A DNA stretch of 64,000 nt from the IMG/VR virus record IMGVR_UViG_3300032325_000466, positions 64,001-128,000 of that record; one strand, written 5' to 3'. The position numbers were made by a program, and so were the translations under genes. Each line of letters starts with the position of its first letter. Position 1 is the stretch's first letter. The DNA comes from a virus. Of the stretch, positions 47,024 through 54,852 are shown piece by piece. The notes beneath the pieces are model-generated. The model saw nothing but the letters and a program-made list of their open reading frames with translations, was not told the DNA's origin and did no database searches.

Positions 47024-47569
47024 ATGAACATCAAAGAAATAATCACCGAAGAAGTAGTTGCCGAATACTGGACCACTGGAAGGGGTACTACAAAACAAGG
47101 TATTGATATGGGTGACATGATAAAATCTCAAGTTGAGCTGGTCAACACCCCATTAACTCAACTTAATGTTAGATATTCCCCTTTTAGTAATTCTGCAAAA
47201 ATACATGAATATTATCTATACGATAAAGAAACTGATAAGTGCGTTGGGTATTTTTTCGTAGAAATGCAAAATAAAAAATTTGATAAAGTATTGAAACCTG
47301 GTATTAGCGCAGTAATTCCCCATATAGGACTAGCACTCCGCGTTCAAGGTAAGGGTATAGCTAGTCAAATTTATACAACATTTTTACGAGGTGGTCCATG
47401 GGTGTTCGTAACTGAATCGCATAGTAATGCAGCCGCAGCACTTTGGGACAGGATAGCAACTGGTGATATCATTGAAGTTTATGTTGATGCAAAAACCGAA
47501 AAACGAATTGAAAATTCAAAGAGTGTGATCGATTATAGAATGATTGGTCCAAAAGATAGGTTCCTCTAA
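47024..47569 (+). CDS. GNAT-like acetyltransferase
   Basis: Acetyl-CoA motif RVQGKGIA, plus S..A..LW; late promoter 47013-47018 5 nt upstream. Confidence 0.55.
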   Translation: MNIKEIITEEVVAEYWTTGRGTTKQGIDMGDMIKSQVELVNTPLTQLNVRYSPFSNSAKIHEYYLYDKETDKCVGYFFVEMQNKKFDKVLKPGISAVIPHIGLALRVQGKGIASQIYTTFLRGGPWVFVTESHSNAAAALWDRIATGDIIEVYVDAKTEKRIENSKSVIDYRMIGPKDRFL

Positions 47570-47584
47570 ACAAATATTCACCAT

Positions 47585-47610
47585 AGGCTCGCAAGAGCCT
47601 TTTCTTTTGG
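47585..47610 (+). terminator. Intrinsic terminator, near-identical copy of 46982-47007
   Basis: aggctc-gcaa-gagcct followed by a T run. Confidence 0.85.
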
Positions 47611-47623
47611 GTATATAAACAGG

Positions 47624-47673
47624 TTGACAATAGCTAATATTATCTGTATGATGTAGTTTTAGTAATGTAAATA
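47624..47673 (+). promoter_or_regulatory. Sigma70 promoter plus late promoter for the amidinotransferase gene
   Basis: TTGACA-17 nt-TATGAT (47624-47652); TAAATA 47668-47673, 4 nt before ATG. Confidence 0.6.
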
Positions 47674-47677
47674 AACT

Positions 47678-48460
47678 ATGAAAAAAATTCTAATGTGCGA
47701 TCCCCGATTCTTTGGGGTTACTTATGATATCAACCCATGGATGTCTAGTAATATTGGGTGTGTAAATCAATCACTTGCTCGTGAACAATGGACTCTATTG
47801 CGAGATGCTATCTCAAGTGTAACTGAAGTAGAAGTATTGCCGGGAGTAGAAAATTTACCCGATTTAGTTTTTACTGCCAATGCTGGCATTGTTAGAAAAA
47901 ATCAAGCAATCGTAGCTAAGTTTAGCAAATCTGAACGGCGTGCAGAAGAAGAGCATTTTAAAAAATGGTTTAGTGAGCATAAGCTAATCACTGTTCAAAC
48001 TGTTCATTCATATGAGGGTGAAGGTGATCACCTAGTAGATAAATTAGGCCGTCATTGGCTGGGTACTGGCTTTAGAACAGATGGTAAAGTAGCTGAAGAA
48101 TTGACTAGAATTCTATGGGTTCGTATGAATACATTAGAGTTAGTTGATCCTCGCTGGTATCATTTAGATACTTGTTTTGCACCTTTACCATATGGTGAAG
48201 TAATTTGGTATCCTGGTGCATTTTCAGAGAGTAGCCAACAACTTATTCGCAGCGCATTTAGAACTAGGATAGAAATAAGTGAAGAAGATGCTAGTGCATT
48301 TGCTTGCAATTTGGTAGCACTGGGTAATAATATCTTTCTTCCCAAGAACTTTGGTGCATCAGACCGATTACAGGGTCTTGGTTACAAAGTCCAAGAATTT
48401 GATTTAAGCGAATTTATGCGAGCAGGTGGCGCAGCCAAATGCTTGACGCTATACTATTAA
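47678..48460 (+). CDS. Amidinotransferase/pentein family, arginine dihydrolase-like (ArgZ/AgrE N-domain)
   Basis: INPWM, PDLVFTAN, ER..E, EGEGD, GFR, YHLDT, FACN, GGAAKCLTL motifs. Confidence 0.8.
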   Translation: MKKILMCDPRFFGVTYDINPWMSSNIGCVNQSLAREQWTLLRDAISSVTEVEVLPGVENLPDLVFTANAGIVRKNQAIVAKFSKSERRAEEEHFKKWFSEHKLITVQTVHSYEGEGDHLVDKLGRHWLGTGFRTDGKVAEELTRILWVRMNTLELVDPRWYHLDTCFAPLPYGEVIWYPGAFSESSQQLIRSAFRTRIEISEEDASAFACNLVALGNNIFLPKNFGASDRLQGLGYKVQEFDLSEFMRAGGAAKCLTLYY

Positions 48461-48481
48461 ATCTTATTTGGGATAATTAAC

Positions 48482-48505
48482 GGGGGCAATAGCCCCTATT
48501 TTTTT
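48482..48505 (+). terminator. Intrinsic terminator
   Basis: gggggc-aata-gcccct followed by T7. Confidence 0.85.
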
Positions 48506-48577
48506 ATCCAATGCGGATGCTGAGATTAAATAGAGTTACTAATCTTTGCATACGATAACTATATAAGGGAGATAGAA

Positions 48578-48877
48578 ATGACAAAAGTGTATATGGTTGA
48601 TATAGATAACACTATCTGCATAAGCAAAGGTAATGACTATGCTAACAGCGAACCATTAATAGATCGTATTGCAAAAATAAATGAGTTGGTAAAACAAGGT
48701 CACAAAGTCATTTATTGGACAGCGCGAGGCAGTAGCAGTGGAATAGATTGGACAAACGAAACACACAGTCAACTAACAGCCTGGAACTGTGAATACCATG
48801 AAATTCATATGGGAAAACCATCATATGATATATGGATAGACGACAAGGCTATTAATTCAGAGGATTTTTTCAAGTGA
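48578..48877 (+). CDS. Small HAD phosphatase (capsule-biosynthesis type)
   Basis: VDIDNT, WTARG, GKP..D..IDDK motifs. Confidence 0.85.
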   Translation: MTKVYMVDIDNTICISKGNDYANSEPLIDRIAKINELVKQGHKVIYWTARGSSSGIDWTNETHSQLTAWNCEYHEIHMGKPSYDIWIDDKAINSEDFFK

Positions 48878-50865
48878 ATATTTTAATTTTCTCCCACAGT
48901 TGTAATCTCGGCGGAGCAGAGAATGCACTAATTTGTTTGGTATCAGAATTAAGTGCTAAACATACAGTAACAATATCTTTCCCTAATGCACAAGGTCCAC
49001 TAATAGATTATTTTACTAGAAAGAATATTAGATGCGTGTCGTTACCTCTAGGATTCTCCCTCCCCAATCCACATGACGCCTTGGTTAAGTTTTCACAAGT
49101 ATGTAATGATAATGTAATCGAACAAATACGAGAATTAAATTTCGACATGATCATATGCAATACTATAGTTACTTTGCATGGATTACTATTAGCAAAAATT
49201 TTAAAAATTCCAAGTATATTGTATGCACATGAAAAATTAGAGTTTGATACTGATTTAGCACCTCACGGATGTTCCTCTAGGTTTTATTTAGATTTGGTGG
49301 GAATGGCGTCCAATCATATTATGTGTACCTCCGAGTATGTTAAAAAATCATTTACTCAATTTAATAATAAAGCTAGTGTATTGTATATGTTTGATCAACA
49401 TATACAGTCGATAGAAACACCAGTTATGAATGATGACTTGGTTTCTATTTCGGTGATAGGTATAAAATCGATTAGAAAAAACACGCATTTCGCAATAACG
49501 GTATTAAAAGCCTTGCGTCTAAGGGGAATGAACGCTGAATTACATTTAATTGGTCAAAATGGTTCTGGAATGCATTTATTAGAGCAGAAGTTAAAAATTC
49601 GCGGAGAACCAAATATCCATGTATACCCTAATCAACCCGATCCGTATGCAATTGGAAAAGGTAAAAAGATAACATTAATAACAGCTATTTGTGAACCGTT
49701 TGGATTAACCATGATGGAATCATTGTTCAGGGGTATCCCTGTTGTTGCATCGAAATGCGGTGGCCCGGAAGAGGTATTACCAAAATCATATCTATATGCA
49801 GTAAATGATTTGGAGTCATGTGTTCGAAATATAGAAGAAGTGGTGTCAAACTATAAAACTCACGCTAATACGGCTAAGAAAACTTATAACAATTTTATAA
49901 AAAAACATCCTAAAAAAGAAATATCTGATGTTATCTCATCGGCAATTGACAGCGCAAAACAGGATTTTAGTAAAAATGGTAACGGATCTACTTCAATTAA
50001 GTGGGAAGATTTTAAATTCTTGGTAGAAAGTCCATTGTCCAATGAGGATATTGTAAAAAATATAGCAGAAGTTACAAAGACCACTACTGATGTCATAGAA
50101 ATTCAATTGACAAAAGAACGTGTAACACCCGGGATATCCGTGCTGAATGATATTCGTAAGTTTGATGTTGTCCCCTATACCATATCCGACAACTTGACAA
50201 ATCTTTACAAAGAAGGCACCGGACTAGCAATTGAATTATTATCTTCTATAGGTGATAGTGGAAAAATTTCCATGCTAAGTTATATATTGTTAGCTCTAAA
50301 AGAAAAACAACAGATTAACCCAATAAAAAAAGTACTGTGTTTAGGCGATGGTATAGGAATAGATGCGATTAGGTTTGCACAATGCGGATATGAGGTTGAT
50401 TATCTTGATTTTGATTCTTCAAAAATGGCAAAAATTGCAGAATTAAACTTTAAAAAAATTAAAGAAAATAATCCCACACTAAAATTAAACATTGTAAAAA
50501 CGCCCACACAAAAATATGATGTAATTATATCACTTGAAGTTATCGAGCATGTAGACGATCCTGTTGATTTTTTAAAGTTTATTCATAGTATGATGAACGA
50601 TGATGGATTTTTGTTTATTTCCGAATGTTTTGATGGTATATATGATGTTTGGCCTACACATATACTAAAACATGAAGAATTTTCTAATTTACTACCTTTA
50701 TTGGCAAGTCCTTACTTTAAATTAGTAGATATAAATAACACCTACTTTGGAAAACCATATATGTTTCAAAAAATAGACGCAGTGTCATCTGATGTATTGG
50801 ATTTTCTAAAAAATAGAGAATGGGTGATAAATTTTATAAATACAAAACTTAAAATTGGAATTTAA
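48874..50865 (+). CDS. GT-B glycosyltransferase fused to a class I SAM methyltransferase
   Basis: GGAE, EPFGL..MES..GIPVVAS.CGGP.E in the N half; VLCLGDGIG, YD.I.SLEV.EHV.DP in the C half. Confidence 0.8.
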   Translation: MNILIFSHSCNLGGAENALICLVSELSAKHTVTISFPNAQGPLIDYFTRKNIRCVSLPLGFSLPNPHDALVKFSQVCNDNVIEQIRELNFDMIICNTIVTLHGLLLAKILKIPSILYAHEKLEFDTDLAPHGCSSRFYLDLVGMASNHIMCTSEYVKKSFTQFNNKASVLYMFDQHIQSIETPVMNDDLVSISVIGIKSIRKNTHFAITVLKALRLRGMNAELHLIGQNGSGMHLLEQKLKIRGEPNIHVYPNQPDPYAIGKGKKITLITAICEPFGLTMMESLFRGIPVVASKCGGPEEVLPKSYLYAVNDLESCVRNIEEVVSNYKTHANTAKKTYNNFIKKHPKKEISDVISSAIDSAKQDFSKNGNGSTSIKWEDFKFLVESPLSNEDIVKNIAEVTKTTTDVIEIQLTKERVTPGISVLNDIRKFDVVPYTISDNLTNLYKEGTGLAIELLSSIGDSGKISMLSYILLALKEKQQINPIKKVLCLGDGIGIDAIRFAQCGYEVDYLDFDSSKMAKIAELNFKKIKENNPTLKLNIVKTPTQKYDVIISLEVIEHVDDPVDFLKFIHSMMNDDGFLFISECFDGIYDVWPTHILKHEEFSNLLPLLASPYFKLVDINNTYFGKPYMFQKIDAVSSDVLDFLKNREWVINFINTKLKIGI

Positions 50866-50885
50866 ATTTATGAAGGCATATTAAA

Positions 50886-51854
50886 GTGATAGTAACATCA
50901 TGTCCTTTAAGGATATCATTAGTAGGAGGATCAACTGATCATCCACATTTTATTAATAAGTACGGACAAGGATCTGTCATCAGTTTCCCTTCAACTCTTC
51001 GGACTTATATAACTATTCACCAAGATATTTTTGGTAGTAATTCTATAGGTAATAATTATCATATTAACTATAGCAAACGAGAAACGGTAAAAAAAGTATC
51101 CGAAATTCAAAATGAATTAATACGATATTGTTTTGAATATCTCAACGTAGATAAAATGAATTGCAGTTTAACCTCTGATATTTACAGTGCCGGTTCAGGT
51201 TTAGCAGCAAGTTCTTCTTATTTACAAGCATTAATAAAAGCCATATATGTATTGCGTGAAGAACATATAACTGAATTCGAAGTATGTAAAATGGCAGAAA
51301 TTATAGAAAGAAATTTTAATCCATTGGTAGGCCAACAAGATTTCTATGGTAGTATTGGTGGATTGAAACGAATTGATTTCTTTAAAAACAGTGACCCTAG
51401 CATCCGTTATTTAAGTACAAACATATTCAAACAATTGAACATATATTTACTATATACAGGAGTGTTACGCAGTAGTACCAATATATTAGAAAGTATAAAT
51501 ATAGACAAATCAGTGCCTTTATTGCAAGATGTTGAAGATTTAGAGATAGCTATAAAAAATTGTGATATTGAAATGTTTAGTAATGTTATCAATCGCGGCT
51601 GGGAAAATAAAAAAGCTACTAGCAATTTAATATGCGAATCTTCTACACTTGAAGAATTAGATAGTAAACTCAAAAATGATCCTGATATACTAGCACACAA
51701 ATTATGCGGTGCTGGTAATGGTGGATATTTTTTAATTTTTACTAATTTGAATAGTGGATTTGATTCAGCTAAATATGATATGATGAAAGCTATCAGCTTA
51801 TCAGAAACCGGACTAAAATATATTAATTTAAAAAATGAATTTACAAAACTTTAA
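50886..51854 (+). CDS. hddA: GHMP sugar kinase (HddA-like heptose-7-phosphate kinase)
   Basis: PLRISLVGGSTD, GSGLAASS, VGQQD, KLCGAG.GG motifs; GTG start. Confidence 0.75.
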   Translation: MIVTSCPLRISLVGGSTDHPHFINKYGQGSVISFPSTLRTYITIHQDIFGSNSIGNNYHINYSKRETVKKVSEIQNELIRYCFEYLNVDKMNCSLTSDIYSAGSGLAASSSYLQALIKAIYVLREEHITEFEVCKMAEIIERNFNPLVGQQDFYGSIGGLKRIDFFKNSDPSIRYLSTNIFKQLNIYLLYTGVLRSSTNILESINIDKSVPLLQDVEDLEIAIKNCDIEMFSNVINRGWENKKATSNLICESSTLEELDSKLKNDPDILAHKLCGAGNGGYFLIFTNLNSGFDSAKYDMMKAISLSETGLKYINLKNEFTKL

Positions 51855-52332
51855 ACATTGTCTTGACAATATAAATCAAGATGACCTATATAAATTAAAA
51901 CAATACATTCTTGGTGCAAAAAACGTAATTATTTTGGGTAATGGTGGCAGCAATGCTGTTAGTTGTCATATTGCACAAGATTATACAAAGGCGTTAGGAA
52001 TCAGAGCTACAGCATTTGGAGACAGTTCCAGAATGAGTTGTTATGCTAATGATTATGGTTGGGAGAATGCGTATACTAAATATTTAGAACATTTCGCAGA
52101 TTCGGATACCATAGTGATACTAATATCATCTTCTGGTAACTCACAAAATATACTTAATGCTGCTGGATACTGTGCGGGTAAACATGATATGATTACTCTA
52201 TCCGGATTTAATCATGCCAATAAATTAAGAACAGTGTATGGTCCATTATCTTTGTTACATTTTTACATCCCCAATACTGATTATGGAATTGTAGAATTAC
52301 TTCACGAACTTATTTTACATTCTGTTATATGA
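51835..52332 (+). CDS. gmhA: SIS-domain phosphoheptose isomerase-like protein
   Basis: GNGGS.A...HIA.D, ANDYG, ISSSGNS.NI, YG.VE..H motifs. Confidence 0.8.
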   Translation: MNLQNFKHCLDNINQDDLYKLKQYILGAKNVIILGNGGSNAVSCHIAQDYTKALGIRATAFGDSSRMSCYANDYGWENAYTKYLEHFADSDTIVILISSSGNSQNILNAAGYCAGKHDMITLSGFNHANKLRTVYGPLSLLHFYIPNTDYGIVELLHELILHSVI

Positions 52333-52397
52333 AAATGTTTGTAACAAAAGTGAATTGAACACTTCGTCATCAGGCACCCAAATAACTAAACTTTTTA

Positions 52398-52426
52398 TTG
52401 ACACCAGCATACAAACGATGCATAAT
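52398..52426 (+). promoter_or_regulatory. Sigma70 promoter for the porin gene
   Basis: TTGACA-17 nt-CATAAT. Confidence 0.6.
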
Positions 52427-52468
52427 CAGTATGCAAAATACATTTTCACAACTTTAAAAGGAATATAA

Positions 52469-53176
52469 ATGAAAAAAATCTTACTAGCATCACTAATCAT
52501 GGCTGCATTTGGTAGCGCACACGCTCAAGTAGCAGGTCTATCAGGAAACCTAGGTCTAACTACTGACTATCGTTTTCGTGGTATTTCTCAAACTCAAAAT
52601 GGTGCAGCCGTTCAAGGTGGCATAGACTACGCTCATAAGAGCGGCTTTTATGTTGGCAACTGGAACAGTTCAGTTAGTAGCGCACTATTTCCCGCTAGCG
52701 CCGGCATCGAAAGCGATCTATATCTAGGCTTTAAGAAAGAAGTTTTCAAAGGCGTAACAATCGATGTTGGTACAATGAGCTATGTTTATTCACGCGCATC
52801 AAGCTTTGGTACTAGCGAAGTTTATGCTGGTGTAGGTTATGGTCCAGTTACTGTAAAAGTTAGCCAATCACTAAGCAACTATTTTGGTGTAGCAGATAGC
52901 GTAGGTTCACGCTACTACCAAGCTGACCTAGCACAGCCAATCACTAGCAAGATCACTCTAGGTGCTCATGTTGGTCGTACATTTGTCAATAACAACACTT
53001 CACTAGACTATACTGACTATCGTGTTGGTGCATCTTATAACGCAGCTGGTTGGGTATTTGGTGCAAATTTCCACACTAACAACAACTATGGTAGCAGTGC
53101 TAAAGCTGCTATGACAGTTGCAGGTCAGTCACTATACAAAAACACCGTTGTACTATCAGTAGCAAAATCATTCTAA
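52469..53176 (+). CDS. TorF/TIGR02001-family outer-membrane beta-barrel protein
   Basis: Signal peptide ..AHA; TTDYRFRGISQT..AVQGG.DY.H.SGFY.G.W; C-terminal Phe. Confidence 0.85.
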   Translation: MKKILLASLIMAAFGSAHAQVAGLSGNLGLTTDYRFRGISQTQNGAAVQGGIDYAHKSGFYVGNWNSSVSSALFPASAGIESDLYLGFKKEVFKGVTIDVGTMSYVYSRASSFGTSEVYAGVGYGPVTVKVSQSLSNYFGVADSVGSRYYQADLAQPITSKITLGAHVGRTFVNNNTSLDYTDYRVGASYNAAGWVFGANFHTNNNYGSSAKAAMTVAGQSLYKNTVVLSVAKSF

Positions 53177-53189
53177 TACTTTACTAATC

Positions 53190-53217
53190 AAAATAAGGGC
53201 TTTGTAGCCCTTATTTT
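53190..53217. terminator. Probably bidirectional intrinsic terminator
   Basis: aaaataagggc...gcccttatttt inverted repeat. Confidence 0.8.
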
Positions 53218-53242
53218 ACCCTTTACTTAGGAGAACACACAC

Positions 53243-53692
53243 ATGTCAGTCACACTAAAAAATTTAGAATCGGCTTTAGCCGGTGAATCTATGGCACATA
53301 TCAAGTACCGATATTTTGCCAAACTAGCCCGAGCAGAAGGCTATGAAGAAGTAGCCAAACACTTTGAACACACTGCTGACCAAGAGCTACTACATGCTTG
53401 GGGTCATCTTGAACTGCTAATTGGTAAACCATCTACTAAAGAATGTTTGGAAAAAGCAATCGAAGGAGAGACCTACGAGTTCACCGTGATGTATCCAGAG
53501 TTCGAAGCAGTTGCTAGGAACGAAGGAAATGAAGAAGCAGTTCGTGAAGCCGTGGAACAAATCGCTGAATCCATGGAACATGCCGCACAATTCGCAGCAG
53601 TTTTGGCTAAAGCAGAAAAGCGTTTTTCAGCACTCAAGCGTGTAGAAGAGCGTCATGCAAATGCTTATAAACAAACTTTAGGGAGTCTATAA
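53243..53692 (+). CDS. rbr: Rubrerythrin (diiron domain only)
   Basis: AGES.A..KY..FA..A..EG, E..HA, EGE.YE..MYP, E..HA motifs. Confidence 0.9.
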   Translation: MSVTLKNLESALAGESMAHIKYRYFAKLARAEGYEEVAKHFEHTADQELLHAWGHLELLIGKPSTKECLEKAIEGETYEFTVMYPEFEAVARNEGNEEAVREAVEQIAESMEHAAQFAAVLAKAEKRFSALKRVEERHANAYKQTLGSL

Positions 53693-53826
53693 TGAGAGAA
53701 CAATACGCATGTGTCATTTGTGGCCATCAACATGATGAAGAAACAGAAGGTAAATGGGAAGACTTACCTGAAGATTTTATGTGCCCTGAATGCGGCGGAC
53801 TAAAACAAGACTACGAAGCTATTTAA
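53692..53826 (+). CDS. rub: Rubredoxin, 44 aa
   Basis: Not in ORF track; MREQYACVICGHQHDEETEGKWEDLPEDFMCPECGGLKQDYEAI with two CxxCG; TAATG overlap. Confidence 0.9.
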   Translation: MREQYACVICGHQHDEETEGKWEDLPEDFMCPECGGLKQDYEAI

Positions 53827-53830
53827 TTAC

Positions 53831-53866
53831 GGGCCCGCAAGGTAAAATTTGCCTTTGCGGGCTTTC
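53831..53866 (+). terminator. Hairpin/terminator after rubredoxin
   Basis: gcccgcaagg...cctttgcgggc stem with a short T tail. Confidence 0.6.
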
Positions 53867-53870
53867 CTAT

Positions 53871-53888
53871 ATGTAATTTGCATGTAAT
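53871..53888 (+). promoter_or_regulatory. Putative Pho box (PhoB site)
   Basis: ATGTAAT-TTGC-ATGTAAT: two 7-mers with 11 bp period, each matching CTGT(C/A)A(C/T) at 6/7; followed by TGnTAAAAT (53898-53906). Confidence 0.65.
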
Positions 53889-53921
53889 ACTTAGTATTGT
53901 TAAAATACGATAAATATTAGT

Positions 53922-54701
53922 ATGACAAAAAAATATAGAACAATAACAGTCAGTGATGTGCATCTGGGCACCAAAAATTGTAAAGCCGAACTACTTGTAG
54001 ATTTTCTAAGTGAAAACACTTGTGAAACACTGTATTTGGTTGGTGATATAATCGATGCATGGAAAATCCAACAGAATAGGCTAAAGTGGCGCCAAAGCCA
54101 TACCGATGTTGTTCGTAAAATTCTAAAACATGCTAGAAATGGTACTAAAGTAATTTATGTAGCAGGCAATCACGACGAGTTTTTAAGACCAATGATACCA
54201 TATGGTGTTAGCTTTGGTACCATTGTAATATGCAATCAAGCTACTCATATCGGCGCAGATGGTAAAAAGTATTTAGTAGTACATGGCGATTTGTTTGATG
54301 GTATCACTAGATTAGCGCCATGGTTAAGTTTCTTAGGCGACAGAGCATATGATGTTATTTTGGATCTAAATAGCAGGTTCAATTGGATTAGACATCGTAT
54401 GGGTTTTGGTTATTGGAGCTTAAGCCAATTCTTAAAACACCGAGTAAAAAAAGCTATTGATTTTATGTTTCAGTTTGAAAGAACTATTACCGCTTATGCC
54501 AAGAAGCGTGGTTTTCAGGGCGTAATATGTGGGCATATACATAAAGCTGAAATTAAAGAAGTAAATGGTATTACATACATGAATGATGGTGACTGGGTAG
54601 AAAGTTGTACCGCCCTAGTAGAACATCATGATGGCAGTTGGGAAATAATACGTTGGGCACAGGACAAAAAAGATGTGGCTGATGATTCTTCTAGCAGTTA
54701 A
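53922..54701 (+). CDS. plcP: PlcP-like phospholipase C (COG2908 metallophosphoesterase)
   Basis: SDVHLG, LVGDIID.W, GNHDE, HGD.FD, GYWSLS, CGHIH, N.GDWVESCTALVE; GNHD rather than the LpxH GNRD; neighbour is agt. Confidence 0.8.
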   Translation: MTKKYRTITVSDVHLGTKNCKAELLVDFLSENTCETLYLVGDIIDAWKIQQNRLKWRQSHTDVVRKILKHARNGTKVIYVAGNHDEFLRPMIPYGVSFGTIVICNQATHIGADGKKYLVVHGDLFDGITRLAPWLSFLGDRAYDVILDLNSRFNWIRHRMGFGYWSLSQFLKHRVKKAIDFMFQFERTITAYAKKRGFQGVICGHIHKAEIKEVNGITYMNDGDWVESCTALVEHHDGSWEIIRWAQDKKDVADDSSSS

Positions 54702-54852
54702 TATTACAAACCCGCAAGATATACCGGGTAAAATAACACTAGAATTTCCTACCCAACAAGCGTGTGAGCAAAGCTTACAAACTATGCGATACCAATTAAA
54801 ATTCAATGGTTTTAAAGTCGAGGGAAAATGCATAAAACAATACTCATCGTAA
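54673..54852 (+). CDS. Small 59 aa exported/membrane protein with two Cys
   Basis: Not in ORF track; MWLMILLAVNITNPQDIPGKITLEFPTQQACEQSLQTMRYQLKFNGFKVEGKCIKQYSS; overlaps both neighbours. Confidence 0.6.
   Translation: MWLMILLAVNITNPQDIPGKITLEFPTQQACEQSLQTMRYQLKFNGFKVEGKCIKQYSS

Noticed and set aside
46931-47131. 66 aa minus-strand ORF
   Set aside because: Antisense to the tmRNA, terminator and GNAT gene
52339-52356. Pho box upstream of the porin
   Set aside because: Only one good half-site (TTGTAAC)
53922-54701. LpxH (lipid A biosynthesis) call
   Set aside because: GNHD rather than GNRD, and the adjacent agt-like gene and Pho box fit PlcP better
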